A stretch of DNA of 64,000 nucleotides, from the sequence record MN850621.1. One strand, written 5' to 3'. The position numbers and the translations under genes were made by a program. Shown in pieces: positions 16,828 through 28,212 of this stretch; position 1 is the first letter of the stretch; the number at the start of each line of letters is the position of its first letter. Source of the stretch: Escherichia phage dhabil. The notes beneath the pieces were generated by a model. The model was given only the letters and a program-made list of their open reading frames with translations. It was not told the origin of the DNA and ran no database searches.

Positions 16828-18569
16828 TGATTAACATGTCTGATAACGTAAGTTGGTTCGTCGGTGTAGTTGAAGACCGAATGGACCCACTCCAACAAGG
16901 TCGTGTACGCGTACGCGTATGGGGTATGCACCCGTATGAAAAAGTACAGGGCCCTGTAAAAGGCCTTCGTACGGAAGATTTACCATGGATGTCGGTATTA
17001 ATGCCTACATCTTCTGCCTCTGTTTCCGGTATCCAAACCGCTATGACTGGTATGGTCCCTGGTACACAAGTTTATGGCCATTTTCTTGATAAGTGGAAAT
17101 TAAACGGGCTTGTCCTTGGTACGTACGGTTCAGCATCAAAACAAAAGGCAAATCCAAACGAAGGTTTTAGTGACCCTACAGGGCAGTATCCGCTTTATTT
17201 AGGTAATGATGCCGCTGCACTAAACCGAGGTGGTGAAGTTGGATATGATGCCACTTCTAACGTAATACAAGATGCAAACACTGATGTAGGTATTAATCCT
17301 GACGGTTTGGATTTAAGCCAAGTTAAGCCTGATGATAATCCTAATTTCACAATAGAAAACATGCTTCATCGTGATGAAGGGCTTAGACTGAAGGTATATT
17401 GGGACACCGAAGGATACCCTACTATTGGTATAGGCCACCTTATTACTCCACAACCTATTAGAGATATGACCCAGATAAACAAAATATTATCTAATCAAAT
17501 AGGTCGAGAAGTTAAAGGTAATCCAGGTGCAATATCAATGGACGAGGCTTCTAAGTTATTCCAGGAAGACCTTAAAAAAGTTCAAAACGATATAGGTAGG
17601 CATAGTGTTGTAGGTCCGGTTTACAATAAAGAAAACCGTTCAAGACAAATGGCTCTTGAAAACATGGCTTTCCAAATGGGTTTAGGTGGACTTGCTAAAT
17701 TCCGTGGTATGCTCAGTGCTATGTTAATAGGCGATTATAAAAAGGCATTTGAGGAAGCTCGTAATTCAGTATGGTTTAACCAAACTAAGGGACGTGCCTC
17801 AAGGGTATCAATGATTATCCTTACCGGTAATATGGAATCATACGGTATTATGGCCCCTAAAGAAAGAGAATTTAATGGCCGTTCTTATAGGATGATTCAA
17901 ACCTTTGCAGCCCCTACAAATTCAGACCCAGCCGACCCATGGACTCCAGAAGATACAAGGATTCTTTTTAAAGAGCCGGATTCCAGTTATAAAGGCGAAT
18001 ATCCATATGTCCAAACCATGCAAACTGAAGGTGGGCATATCCAAGAATTCGATAACACACCAGGGCAAGAACGTTACCGATTAATTCACCCTACAGGTAG
18101 TTATGAAGAAGTTGCTCCTGATGGACGTAAAACTTCTAAGACCGTAGCCGACGGATATTATATGACCCAAGGCGATTCTAATACTTATGTTGGCGGTAAT
18201 AATAAAGTCAATATAGGTGGTGATGAAACCTATTATAATATGGCAAACGTTCGACGTCAAACTGACGGTTCTGAAAGCATCCATATTCGTGGTAACGAAA
18301 CCAAAACGGTAGAAGGCGACGGAACCCTTATTGTTAAAGGAAATGTTACGGTTATTGTTGAAGGCAATGCTGATATAACTGTTAAAGGTGATGCAAAAAC
18401 ATTAGTTGAAGGCAACCATGATTATACAGTAAATGGAAACGTTAAATGGTCGGTAAACGGAAACGTTGATATGACCGTTGCTGGTAATTGGTCTGAAACT
18501 ATGTCGACTATGAGTTCTATTGCATCCGGTCAATATACTATTGATGGTTCGAGGATTGACATTGGCTAA
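16827..18569 (+). CDS. 5: baseplate hub subunit and tail lysozyme gp5 (cell-puncturing device)
   Basis: 580 aa; N-terminal OB-fold region, central lysozyme domain (DEGLRLKVYWDTEGYPTIGIGHLI), C-terminal beta-helix repeats (VNGNVKWSVNGNVDMTVAGN). Confidence 0.9.
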   Translation: MINMSDNVSWFVGVVEDRMDPLQQGRVRVRVWGMHPYEKVQGPVKGLRTEDLPWMSVLMPTSSASVSGIQTAMTGMVPGTQVYGHFLDKWKLNGLVLGTYGSASKQKANPNEGFSDPTGQYPLYLGNDAAALNRGGEVGYDATSNVIQDANTDVGINPDGLDLSQVKPDDNPNFTIENMLHRDEGLRLKVYWDTEGYPTIGIGHLITPQPIRDMTQINKILSNQIGREVKGNPGAISMDEASKLFQEDLKKVQNDIGRHSVVGPVYNKENRSRQMALENMAFQMGLGGLAKFRGMLSAMLIGDYKKAFEEARNSVWFNQTKGRASRVSMIILTGNMESYGIMAPKEREFNGRSYRMIQTFAAPTNSDPADPWTPEDTRILFKEPDSSYKGEYPYVQTMQTEGGHIQEFDNTPGQERYRLIHPTGSYEEVAPDGRKTSKTVADGYYMTQGDSNTYVGGNNKVNIGGDETYYNMANVRRQTDGSESIHIRGNETKTVEGDGTLIVKGNVTVIVEGNADITVKGDAKTLVEGNHDYTVNGNVKWSVNGNVDMTVAGNWSETMSTMSSIASGQYTIDGSRIDIG

Positions 18570-18603
18570 TATTTTACCTATGAGCACTGATTTAGGAGAC
18601 TCC

Positions 18604-19101
18604 ATGGAAGGAGCCTCAATCGATGTTACGTTTACCGCTCAATTAGAAACAAACGAAACATTAGTTGAAATAAATATAACAGAATATGAGCCAACAGAAG
18701 GCATTATTGTCGATGGGGCTCGTTTATACGGAACCTATGAATCGGTATTTGGATTCTCTGAAGATGCGTTAAAATATCGATTAGGTGATGAATTTAAAAC
18801 AGCAGGTTCATGGAAAGATTTACCAGAGGACAAGAGCACTCAATTATACCTCTGGAAAGCCCCTGGTAATCTTCAGAAGACTTTTTCCTATACTGTCACA
18901 TTAATCTATGACTTTCAGGAAGAGTCATCAGGAGGTGATACAGGGAGCTCAGGAGGAAGTAATTCTAGAGCCGGTAGCGAAACCGACCCTCCTCCAGCAC
19001 CAGTAAGAAAAACCCTTACTAAGGTTTATACCAAGGTTATAGTGGGTAATTGGAGCAAATGGGCTAATCAACTCAGAGAATATGTATATGCGAGGCCATA
19101 A
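18604..19101 (+). CDS. hypothetical baseplate-region protein (5.1-like)
   Basis: Start at ATG 18604 with SD AGGAGA; the track ORF starts earlier at 18520 inside gene 5. Confidence 0.5.
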   Translation: MEGASIDVTFTAQLETNETLVEINITEYEPTEGIIVDGARLYGTYESVFGFSEDALKYRLGDEFKTAGSWKDLPEDKSTQLYLWKAPGNLQKTFSYTVTLIYDFQEESSGGDTGSSGGSNSRAGSETDPPPAPVRKTLTKVYTKVIVGNWSKWANQLREYVYARP

Positions 19102-19394
19102 TGTCGGGCTTAAGTTATAACCAATGCGTAACCGCAGGTCATGAAGCATGGCCTCCTACAGTAATAAATGCCACCCAGGGTAAAGTATTTACAGGCGGCA
19201 TTCCTGTATTAGTCGATGGGGACCCAATAACTCCTCATACAGAAATTAAAAAACCATATGAAACCCACGGTGGGGTAACCCAACCTAGAACATCAAAGGT
19301 ATATGTTACAGGCAAAAAGGCTGTCCAGATGGCAGACCCTATTTCGTGCGGTGATACAGTCGCACAAGCCTCATCTAAAGTATTCATAAAATAG
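19101..19394 (+). CDS. 5.4: PAAR-repeat spike tip protein gp5.4
   Basis: 97 aa, same length as T4 gp5.4; ATGA start-stop overlap with upstream ORF. Confidence 0.8.
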   Translation: MSGLSYNQCVTAGHEAWPPTVINATQGKVFTGGIPVLVDGDPITPHTEIKKPYETHGGVTQPRTSKVYVTGKKAVQMADPISCGDTVAQASSKVFIK

Positions 19395-19402
19395 GAATTA
19401 AA

Positions 19403-21361
19403 ATGGCTACTCCTACGAATTACCAATTAACAAGAACCGTTAACGCTATCCCAAAAGTATTTGTGGGAGCTACGTTTGAAGAAATTAAAAAGAATATTAT
19501 AGACTGGCTTTCCAGCCAGGACGAATTTAAGGATTATGATTTCGTTGGTTCTCGAATGAATATCCTTATTGATATGCTTGCTTATAATACCCTTTATATG
19601 CAGCAATTTGCTAACACAGCTTTATACGAATCTTTTATAGGAACAGCAAACCTTCGTTCTTCTGTTGTCCAAGCTGCACAAGACAATGGATATCTCCCTA
19701 GTTCTAAGTCTGCAGCTAAAACTACGGTAATGCTCACATGCACGCAAGCCCTTAATGAAAAGAATATTCGTATCCCTAGAGGTACCAAATTCTTGGCTTA
19801 TGCACGTGATACATCAGCAGACCCATATTCTTTTGTGACAACTGATAACGTTATCGCAGTGCGAGACGTTAATAATCAGTATTGGCCTATTGTTTCTTTG
19901 GCCCAGGGACGTATTATTCGTACTGAACTTAAATATGACCCTAAAACTCCTATTCTTATTCGTGACCCTGATATTGATAGACAAGAAGTTAGACTTTACG
20001 TTGATGGCGCAGAATGGATTAACTGGACCAATAAATCAATGGTCCACGCTGGCAGTACTTCAACAATTTATTATATGCGTGAAACCGTAGATGGTAATAC
20101 AGAATTCTTCTTTGGTGAGGGTGAAGCCGAGAAATCTGTTGCGGGTGGAGTATTGGAAGCTAATTATATCGGCGGCCTAAAACCTGTTAAAGATTCTACT
20201 ATCGTCATCGAATATCTTCGTACAGATGGTGAAGTTGCTAACGGTGCGGTGGACTTCAGTTATGCTGACTCCTTGGCTTATATTACTGTAGAAAAAATTA
20301 CTGAAAACTATAACGACGACCCTGATTATGTGGGTGCTGATGGTGGTGGCGACCCTGAAGATATTGAACGAATCCGTGAATTGGCTGTAGTTAAGCGTGA
20401 AGCCCAGATGCGTGCTGTAACAGGAACCGACTACGATACATTCGTATCCGAACGTTTTGGTTCTATCGTGCAAGCAGTACAAACCTTTACAGACCCAAAT
20501 AAACCCGGTTATGCTTTTGTCACCATTAAACCTAAATCAGGGCTATATTTGACCGCGGTCCAACGTGAAGATATCCAAGACTATCTAAAAGAATTTAACT
20601 TAGCCCCTATTACCGCTTCTGTTATTTCTCCCGATTATTTGTTCTTAAAGCATAAAATTAAGGTATCGTATGCCTTGAATAAATTACAGGAATCTGAACA
20701 GTGGTTATCGGCCCAAATTCTTTCTCAGATAGACCGTTATTATATTAACGAAGTAGAAATTTTTAACCACGGATTCGCTAAGTCAAAAATGCTGACTTAT
20801 ATTGATAATGCTGACCATAGTATTTTAGGCTCCTCTGCTACCATAACAATGGTTCGTGAGGTATTGAACTTTTTCAAAACTCCTGAGTCAGGTATTAAAT
20901 ACTATAATCAATACACTAACCGTTCTGTGGTTTCTAGTGAATTTGAGTTTGTCCCTACTAACGTTTCTGAAGACCACCCGGCATATAATGTACGAATTGC
21001 CGCTACAGATAAAGACGAACGTGGTGATGGTAAAATGGTTATTGGGCCTTTCCGTCCAGGAGATGTAATTGAAAACCAATATATTAAACCATATACAGGA
21101 AATGACTTTGATAAAATGCCTGCTCCTGCAGACCAATCCGTTTATTACGTTATAGGTGAAATCGATTATTATTCAGATTTCATTTTCTGGGACATCGCGG
21201 CTATTGGTTTAACGTCCGACCGTTTTGAAGTTCAATCTATAGAACTTTATGCGGGACCTGACCAAGATAACATCTTTACAAAAGATGGTTCATTAATCGT
21301 ATTTGAAGATGACCTCCGCCCTCAATACACGACCATTGAATTAGAACCTATTACAATATAA
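19403..21361 (+). CDS. 6: baseplate wedge protein gp6
   Basis: 652 aa; size and order match T4 gene 6. Confidence 0.85.
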   Translation: MATPTNYQLTRTVNAIPKVFVGATFEEIKKNIIDWLSSQDEFKDYDFVGSRMNILIDMLAYNTLYMQQFANTALYESFIGTANLRSSVVQAAQDNGYLPSSKSAAKTTVMLTCTQALNEKNIRIPRGTKFLAYARDTSADPYSFVTTDNVIAVRDVNNQYWPIVSLAQGRIIRTELKYDPKTPILIRDPDIDRQEVRLYVDGAEWINWTNKSMVHAGSTSTIYYMRETVDGNTEFFFGEGEAEKSVAGGVLEANYIGGLKPVKDSTIVIEYLRTDGEVANGAVDFSYADSLAYITVEKITENYNDDPDYVGADGGGDPEDIERIRELAVVKREAQMRAVTGTDYDTFVSERFGSIVQAVQTFTDPNKPGYAFVTIKPKSGLYLTAVQREDIQDYLKEFNLAPITASVISPDYLFLKHKIKVSYALNKLQESEQWLSAQILSQIDRYYINEVEIFNHGFAKSKMLTYIDNADHSILGSSATITMVREVLNFFKTPESGIKYYNQYTNRSVVSSEFEFVPTNVSEDHPAYNVRIAATDKDERGDGKMVIGPFRPGDVIENQYIKPYTGNDFDKMPAPADQSVYYVIGEIDYYSDFIFWDIAAIGLTSDRFEVQSIELYAGPDQDNIFTKDGSLIVFEDDLRPQYTTIELEPITI

Positions 21362-21389
21362 GCCTCTTAGGAGGCTTTGAGGAGATTTA

Positions 21390-24300
21390 ATGTCTGTGCA
21401 AGCGCCTTCCGTTACTAGTTTGAGAATTGATAAACTCTCGGCTAACCATGTAAGTATTCTTTGGGATGACGTAGGCGCCAATTTCTATTATTTCGTAGAA
21501 CTGGCCCAAACCAAGGATGCGGGTGAATCTATACCCGATGATAAGTTATTTTGGAGAAATTTAGGTTACACCCCGAACAATAACTGGTTCGAAGAAAGAT
21601 TTATTTCTCCTAATTCGTTTTATAAAATGCGTGTCGCTGTAGCTGCTCAAGGATTTGAACAATCTGAATGGGTTTATACAGAAGAATTCGAGACATTTTC
21701 TACCAACGCATATACCTTCGAGCATATGCGAGAATTCACTTTATCCAATAAATTCATTGAAGAAAAATTTACCAAAAATAACCAGAATTACGTGGATTTT
21801 AATAGTGATGCCATTATGGCTTCTATGATGACAGAGGATTTTACTTGGACTCCATCGTATTCTCACCTTTCTTCAATTTCTAATTATGTATTAAAGGCTG
21901 ACCGCTTTCATGAGATTCAAGGAAGTATTCAAGCCGTATGTAAGGACCCTAATCGTTCCATTTTAATGGAGCTTGGTGGTGTACTTTATCTTTTAGAAAG
22001 ATTTCAGAACACTGCTAAGGTATCTAATGACAAAGCTCAAAACTGGCACTATATTCGTTTGTTTAATGACCGAGTAGGTAACCCGGTTTCACGTACGGCC
22101 CATTACCAAACGGACACCACAACTTATGTTTTAGGTTATGACCGTATATTTTACGGACGTAAATCGAGCGATATCAGATGGTCTGCTGACGATGTACGTT
22201 TTAGCTCACAAGACGTGACATTTGCTAAAATTGGTAGTGATATCGACCTTGATTTTGAAATTGAAATTTTTGGTTCTTATGCCCGTTTACCATTAGCTAT
22301 TTCTACTATAGCAGAGGCAATGTGTGCTTCGGATGATTTTATTTACGTGGCTGCTAGAGACAGAGTTTATAAAGCAAAAACCACCGATGCGCCTATTGAT
22401 ACCGACCCAGGTTCTCCTACTTATGGTGAAAAAATATTTGAAAGTGGATATTCGACCATAACCGGCAACCCTAAAGCAGTTTGTTATAAATTGGACTCTA
22501 TTCAAGGAAATACTTTTGCCTTAATTACGGGTGAAGTTAAAGAAGAAAGAATGGACCCTACTAAAGAAGAAAACGTGGTTGATTCTGAATCTAAAGGCGT
22601 TTATTGGTTGGATGCTGAAACTGATACATGGACCAGAGTATTTGGTAATACTGAAGAAGAGAGACGTCGTATTGAGCATGGTTATACCAGCATGTCTACA
22701 GACGGTGAAGAAATATTCTTTAGCTCAAGTAACTTCAAATACGAGGTGGAAGTTGACAACGAATTGCCTTTAGAATACCCTATCGTGGCTTCTGCCGTAA
22801 AATACGTTAAGGATGAGCAGTGGATTCATGATAAACATTATCTGATGATGAGCTTTAGAGCCAACAGTAAATCAGATTTTAAAGAATTCAAACCTGGCCG
22901 AATGGCTTATTACGCCGAACCATTCTTTAGTTGGTCTAGACGCGATGGAACCCGCTCTTGGATTACCACAAGTAATCATGCGATGGTAGTTTATAACGAT
23001 GCATTATATCAGAAAATTATTGATTTAAACAGTGGTTCTTCTCCAGAGCGTATTATCCGTGAAATTTGGGATAAAGGCTTTTGTACCGTAACATGCCCTA
23101 ACATTGAATTCAGCGGATTTAAAAAATATTCTTCAGGTATTATGATTCACAAATCATCAGGTGAATTGGTAGGATATTTCGAGTTCGATTATCGAGTTCG
23201 AGATGAAGTTAGAATAATTTGGAAGCCTAAAGAAATAATGTTTACCGCAGAGCTCCAAAACCAAGAGCATGAAATCCCATGGACCCCTAAAGAAGAAACA
23301 GGTGAACAAGACCCTGATTTGCGTCCTTTATTGGTTAAAATGGTCCCTGATAGTTATTTGCTTCAAGATTCTAACTTTGAAAAATTCTGCGAATATTATC
23401 TTCAGTTTATTAGTGATGGCTCTGGCACTCATTATAATAACCTATTAAATCTTATTCGTAACCAATATCCTCGTGAAGAAGACTCGTGGGAATATTTGTG
23501 GTCCGAAATCTATAAACGTAATATCTACCTGTCTAAAGAAAAGCGCGACGAAGTGGTTCGTTTCTTCCAGGCTCGTCAATCGGATTTCTGGTCTACAAAA
23601 GGTACCGAGGCTTCTTATAAGTTCCTGTTTAAATTGCTTTATAACGAAGATGTCGAAATTGATATAGAGTCTAAGAACTCTATTGAATATGATATCATTG
23701 TAGAATCCGATAACATCAGTGAAGATATTGTCGGCCAAACAATTTATACCCCTACAGGAAGAAGTAATGTTACTTATATAGAACGAAATTATAAAGATGG
23801 TAAATTGCAATGGCGTTTAACCATTCATAATCTTTTAGGTCGTTTTATAGTGGGTCAAGAGATTAAATCTGAACGCACATCATTTAAAGGTATGATAGTG
23901 CAGGGTGTACGCGGTAAAGAATTGTTAAGTAACAATATCGATTATATTAACCGCAACCGTTCTTATTATGTTATGACTATTAAATCCAACCTCCCTACTT
24001 CTCGATATCGTAATGATGTATTGAGATTTGTCCACCCTGTAGGATTTGGTTTTATAGGGATTACGTTGCTTTCTATGTTTGTTAACGTCGGTTTGACATT
24101 AAAGCACACGGAAACCATTATTAATATACTTAAGAACTATAAGTGGGACTCAGGTCTTCCATCTGAATGGTATGATAGAGTTGCTGTAATCGGATTTGAT
24201 GGTAATATAGAACGAGACCCTAGAACAGGGCTCCCGGTTTATAACGTTGGACCTAAAGCAGGTGAACCGTTTGATATTCCTGCTGATTATGACGCAGAAA

Positions 24301-24482
24301 ATGATTTCTCTGTATTCCAAGGCCAATTACCTCATGAACGTATTAAAAAGCATAGTCCTTTATTTGACCAAAGTGCAGTAACATTTTCAAAATGGCGTGC
24401 TTTAGTTGATGACAGACTTAAAGCTGATATAGGAAACCCTAGAGACCCGCAAGACCCAACTCAGGTAAAAATTGATGATTAA
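21390..24482 (+). CDS. 7: baseplate wedge initiator gp7
   Basis: 1030 aa; size and order match T4 gene 7 (1032 aa). Confidence 0.85.
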   Translation: MSVQAPSVTSLRIDKLSANHVSILWDDVGANFYYFVELAQTKDAGESIPDDKLFWRNLGYTPNNNWFEERFISPNSFYKMRVAVAAQGFEQSEWVYTEEFETFSTNAYTFEHMREFTLSNKFIEEKFTKNNQNYVDFNSDAIMASMMTEDFTWTPSYSHLSSISNYVLKADRFHEIQGSIQAVCKDPNRSILMELGGVLYLLERFQNTAKVSNDKAQNWHYIRLFNDRVGNPVSRTAHYQTDTTTYVLGYDRIFYGRKSSDIRWSADDVRFSSQDVTFAKIGSDIDLDFEIEIFGSYARLPLAISTIAEAMCASDDFIYVAARDRVYKAKTTDAPIDTDPGSPTYGEKIFESGYSTITGNPKAVCYKLDSIQGNTFALITGEVKEERMDPTKEENVVDSESKGVYWLDAETDTWTRVFGNTEEERRRIEHGYTSMSTDGEEIFFSSSNFKYEVEVDNELPLEYPIVASAVKYVKDEQWIHDKHYLMMSFRANSKSDFKEFKPGRMAYYAEPFFSWSRRDGTRSWITTSNHAMVVYNDALYQKIIDLNSGSSPERIIREIWDKGFCTVTCPNIEFSGFKKYSSGIMIHKSSGELVGYFEFDYRVRDEVRIIWKPKEIMFTAELQNQEHEIPWTPKEETGEQDPDLRPLLVKMVPDSYLLQDSNFEKFCEYYLQFISDGSGTHYNNLLNLIRNQYPREEDSWEYLWSEIYKRNIYLSKEKRDEVVRFFQARQSDFWSTKGTEASYKFLFKLLYNEDVEIDIESKNSIEYDIIVESDNISEDIVGQTIYTPTGRSNVTYIERNYKDGKLQWRLTIHNLLGRFIVGQEIKSERTSFKGMIVQGVRGKELLSNNIDYINRNRSYYVMTIKSNLPTSRYRNDVLRFVHPVGFGFIGITLLSMFVNVGLTLKHTETIINILKNYKWDSGLPSEWYDRVAVIGFDGNIERDPRTGLPVYNVGPKAGEPFDIPADYDAENDFSVFQGQLPHERIKKHSPLFDQSAVTFSKWRALVDDRLKADIGNPRDPQDPTQVKIDD

Positions 24483-25479
24483 TTCAACAGTAATATATCG
24501 TTCTATTGTTACTTCTAAATTTAGAACGGAAAAGATGTACAACTTTTACAGAACAATCGGTGATGGTGAAGACCAGAACACGATGTATGTATCTTTCGGG
24601 AGAGCCCAACCATGGGCTCCTAACGAAAACGACCCAGGCTTTGCTCCACCGTATCCTGTAGATGATTCTGAGGGCGTAGAGGACGTCTGGACAAACATGA
24701 TGGGTTGTGTTAAGGTTTATAAGAGTATGTTGGATTGTGTTGTTCCTCGCAAAGACTGGGGCGATACCTCTTATCCTAATCCTTTCACATTCCAGATTGG
24801 TGAAATTGTAGTGGCGAATAGCCAGCCGCAAAACCGTACTGATGTTGGTGCAGGTTGGATGGTTTATCGTTGTGTGGATGTTCCTGAATCCGGAGCATGC
24901 TCTATTTTATCTCTTGATAATAAAACCGAGTGTATTAAACTTGGCGGTAAATGGACCGCAAACGTCCCTTCAGTTAAAGCTCCAGCAGGACAAGGCGATA
25001 CCGAAGGTATGGTTGATACCGGCGATGGGTATCTTTGGGAATATCTTTATGAGATTCCACCTGATGTAAGTATCAACCGTTGTACCAATGAATATATTGT
25101 AGTTCCATGGCCGGAAGAAATTGCTGAAGACCCTGAACGTTGGGGATACGAGAATAACCTCACTTGGCAACAAGACGATTACGGATTGATTTATCGTATT
25201 AAAGGCAATACTATTCGTTTTAAAGCATTCTTAGATTCAGTTTATTTCCCTGAATTTAGTTTGCCAGGGAATAAAGGATTTAGACAACTTTCAATAATTT
25301 CCAACCCATTGGAAGCTAAAGCCCACCCATCAGACCCGATCATTAAAGCCGAAAAAGAGTACTATGACGTTATAGACCTCTCCCGCCACTCCGGTGAAAT
25401 GATTTATATGGAAAACCGTCCTCCGGTTATTCGTTCCATGGACCAAACCGAAGAAATTAACATTATCTTCGAATTCTAA
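24475..25479 (+). CDS. 8: baseplate wedge protein gp8
   Basis: 334 aa from ATG 24475; strong identity to T4 gp8 (…VIYR.IVTSKFRTEKM…NRCTNEYIVVPWPEE…). Confidence 0.9.
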   Translation: MINSTVIYRSIVTSKFRTEKMYNFYRTIGDGEDQNTMYVSFGRAQPWAPNENDPGFAPPYPVDDSEGVEDVWTNMMGCVKVYKSMLDCVVPRKDWGDTSYPNPFTFQIGEIVVANSQPQNRTDVGAGWMVYRCVDVPESGACSILSLDNKTECIKLGGKWTANVPSVKAPAGQGDTEGMVDTGDGYLWEYLYEIPPDVSINRCTNEYIVVPWPEEIAEDPERWGYENNLTWQQDDYGLIYRIKGNTIRFKAFLDSVYFPEFSLPGNKGFRQLSIISNPLEAKAHPSDPIIKAEKEYYDVIDLSRHSGEMIYMENRPPVIRSMDQTEEINIIFEF

Positions 25480-25506
25480 TAAAGGGCCGCAAGGCCCTTT
25501 CGGGGG

Positions 25507-25514
25507 TATAAATA
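25507..25514 (+). promoter_or_regulatory. late promoter TATAAATA for gene 9
   Basis: Exact consensus ~27 nt upstream of the gene 9 ATG, just after the gene 8 terminator-like hairpin. Confidence 0.55.
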
Positions 25515-25540
25515 CATTATATCAATAATGAGGCATACCT

Positions 25541-26401
25541 ATGATTAAGCAAACTGGTAAATTACTAATTGACGTTGGTGAAATTGGTAATGCTAGCACC
25601 GGCGACATTCTTTATGACGGTGGTGTTAAACTAAACACCGACTTAAACAACATCTATAATACCTTTGGTGACCAACGTAAAACCGCTCTTACAGGCGAAA
25701 CTACCGGTCAGAAATTACATGCCACTGGATACTATCAAAAATTTGGCGATACCGACCAAGCAAGTTCTGTTGACCTTGGTTCTTTGGTTGATATTGATGC
25801 TTCTACAGGTTCTATAGTGTTAACCACGGTAAAAGGAGCCGTAGGTGAAGGTATTGAAATAATTAACTCTAATGGAAGTATTTCAGCTACCAACTATCTT
25901 GAAATCCGTATATTGGATTCGTTTTTAAACCATCCTACATCAACCCTAAGAATAGTAACTCCTTATACTAGAGTTCTATTATGGTGTGTAAGTGACATCA
26001 ACGGTATAGCTGTATGGGATTATTCTATTGAGAGCATGTTTGGTGATAAACGAGTGCCGTTAAATAGAACATATAACATTTCTAACGTACCTAGAGATAT
26101 ACCGGTGGTTTTTTCAGGTCAATATTCTTTGGTCAAGCTTTTAGTTACCGCAGTAAATGCTAATGAAACCATTTATAAAGCTTCTGAATATCTTTTGTTT
26201 ATGGATAACCAAGCTAAAAAAATATATTCCACCGAATATGCTGTTATCCGTCGTGGACAGACCACTGATGAAGACGAAATTTACAAACTCGATTTTAAAT
26301 TTGATACCTCTAACTATATAGTGGCTACGGCATCATCTGAAACCCCTATGAGATTAGCAATTAAAGTCGTAGATACCCAAACTATTGGAGTTCCATTATA
26401 A
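25541..26401 (+). CDS. 9: baseplate wedge / long-tail-fiber socket protein gp9
   Basis: 286 aa; size and order as T4 gp9. Confidence 0.85.
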   Translation: MIKQTGKLLIDVGEIGNASTGDILYDGGVKLNTDLNNIYNTFGDQRKTALTGETTGQKLHATGYYQKFGDTDQASSVDLGSLVDIDASTGSIVLTTVKGAVGEGIEIINSNGSISATNYLEIRILDSFLNHPTSTLRIVTPYTRVLLWCVSDINGIAVWDYSIESMFGDKRVPLNRTYNISNVPRDIPVVFSGQYSLVKLLVTAVNANETIYKASEYLLFMDNQAKKIYSTEYAVIRRGQTTDEDEIYKLDFKFDTSNYIVATASSETPMRLAIKVVDTQTIGVPL

Positions 26402-28212
26402 TGAAACAAGAATTAAAAATAGGCCAGGCCGTTGATGATGGCTCCGGAGATTACCTGCGCGCAGGTGGTCTAAAAATCAATAATAACTTTAACGAGTTAT
26501 ACTATCAATTAGGTGATGGAGATAATCCTCACGCTGCTGGTGCCTGGAAACAATATTCTACTGCAGATGGTCCTTTACTTAATGCTGTTATGGGTCATAG
26601 CTATACGTTGAATACCCAGGGTGGAAGGATTAACGTTCAACTTCCTAAAGGTACCCCTTCAGAATATAACTTTGTAATTCGTTTGCGTGACGTTTATTCT
26701 TCTTGGCAAGCTAACCCTGTAACAATTATACCTGCTCCAGGTGATACGATTAAAGGCTCTGCTGTACAGGTTGAAATAGCCCGTAACTTTGCTGACCTTG
26801 AACTTGTCTATTGTGCTCCGGGTCGCTGGGAATATGTTGAGAACAAGCAAGTTAACCGTATTCCAAATAACGACCTCGCTACTGTAGCAACCAAACAGTT
26901 TATTGCTACTGAAGGCCAAACCGATTTCTTGGATATTTTCCCAGGATTAACCTATAATATTTCTAGTCTTAGCGTAATTCAACGTGGTAACACCTTGTTT
27001 TATGGTGTAGATGATATATTTGATGAAGCCACTTCAGAGTTCGGTAGCCCAGGCGCTAACCCAGGCGAATTGGTTGAATTGAACGGTAAAGATATCCGTT
27101 TGAAATATCCATGTGAAGCCGGTGATACAGTAATCATTAAATCCTATAACGATGGATTGGCCCAATGGCGTAGTTCTTATAATCGTCGTGATATTACTAT
27201 TTTAGATAAAACCCTTACCCATGAAACCACAGTTAACGGTTCTAAAGTAGTATTAGACCTTTCTACCATACAGACTATTACCGCGGTGGAATTAAATGTT
27301 TCTCCTACAAGCCCTATTAACCCTAATGCTTGCCAGGTAATGCTTAACAGTACTTTATTGCACCAAGCTGGTACTGCAGGGTTCCCTGCTTTCTATTGTG
27401 AAGGTGTTGATACTGATGATGCAGCTCTTTGTGCTGATTCGGGTGGTGTATGGACACAATCTAAATCTGATTATATTTTGAATATTGCAGATGACGATAA
27501 AATCGAATCATTCGAATTTGGACGTAAATTAGAACATGGTGATATCCTTACCGTAATTTGGTATAATAATGATATTGGTACTACCATGACTATTGATGAG
27601 ATTTTGGATACTACAAATGATATCTACATTTCTCAAGGTCCTTCGGTGTCTTTAACCGGCCAGGTTCGTATTACTGATGTGGATAATCCATTTTCTCCTA
27701 ACTTTGAACCTGTTGCAGAATCCGAAGTTTCTATTAATACGGCTGCAGTGATGTTCGATTTGTTCCATCCAATAGGGACAATTTACGAGAACACGGTGAA
27801 CCCTAATAACCCTGCAACTTATATGGGTATGGGTAGTTGGAAACGTTTATCTGATAGTTTCCTTGTAGGTTGGTCGCCGGATGCAGATTCATTGTTCAAT
27901 GCGAACAATAACGATTTGGATTCTTCTGGTATTCCTAAATCTACCGCAGGTGGAACAGGTGGTTCTCATAATATTTCGATTAAATATGAAAATGTTCCTG
28001 AACTTAATACAGATGACAAGGTATTAGTTGCTGATGATAATGGCCCTATTGTTATCGGTGGATGTTTGGTAGACCCGGATGCACAAGGTCCTGCTTATAC
28101 CAAATATCGTGAAGATAAAGCTACAATAAACAAGCAGCAATCTACAACGCCTATTCCAATTAATACATTGCCTCCATATACAACCGTTTATCGCTGGGTG
28201 AGGATTGCGTAA
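26401..28212 (+). CDS. 10: baseplate wedge protein gp10
   Basis: 603 aa; ATGA coupling to gene 9; size and order as T4 gp10. Confidence 0.85.
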   Translation: MKQELKIGQAVDDGSGDYLRAGGLKINNNFNELYYQLGDGDNPHAAGAWKQYSTADGPLLNAVMGHSYTLNTQGGRINVQLPKGTPSEYNFVIRLRDVYSSWQANPVTIIPAPGDTIKGSAVQVEIARNFADLELVYCAPGRWEYVENKQVNRIPNNDLATVATKQFIATEGQTDFLDIFPGLTYNISSLSVIQRGNTLFYGVDDIFDEATSEFGSPGANPGELVELNGKDIRLKYPCEAGDTVIIKSYNDGLAQWRSSYNRRDITILDKTLTHETTVNGSKVVLDLSTIQTITAVELNVSPTSPINPNACQVMLNSTLLHQAGTAGFPAFYCEGVDTDDAALCADSGGVWTQSKSDYILNIADDDKIESFEFGRKLEHGDILTVIWYNNDIGTTMTIDEILDTTNDIYISQGPSVSLTGQVRITDVDNPFSPNFEPVAESEVSINTAAVMFDLFHPIGTIYENTVNPNNPATYMGMGSWKRLSDSFLVGWSPDADSLFNANNNDLDSSGIPKSTAGGTGGSHNISIKYENVPELNTDDKVLVADDNGPIVIGGCLVDPDAQGPAYTKYREDKATINKQQSTTPIPINTLPPYTTVYRWVRIA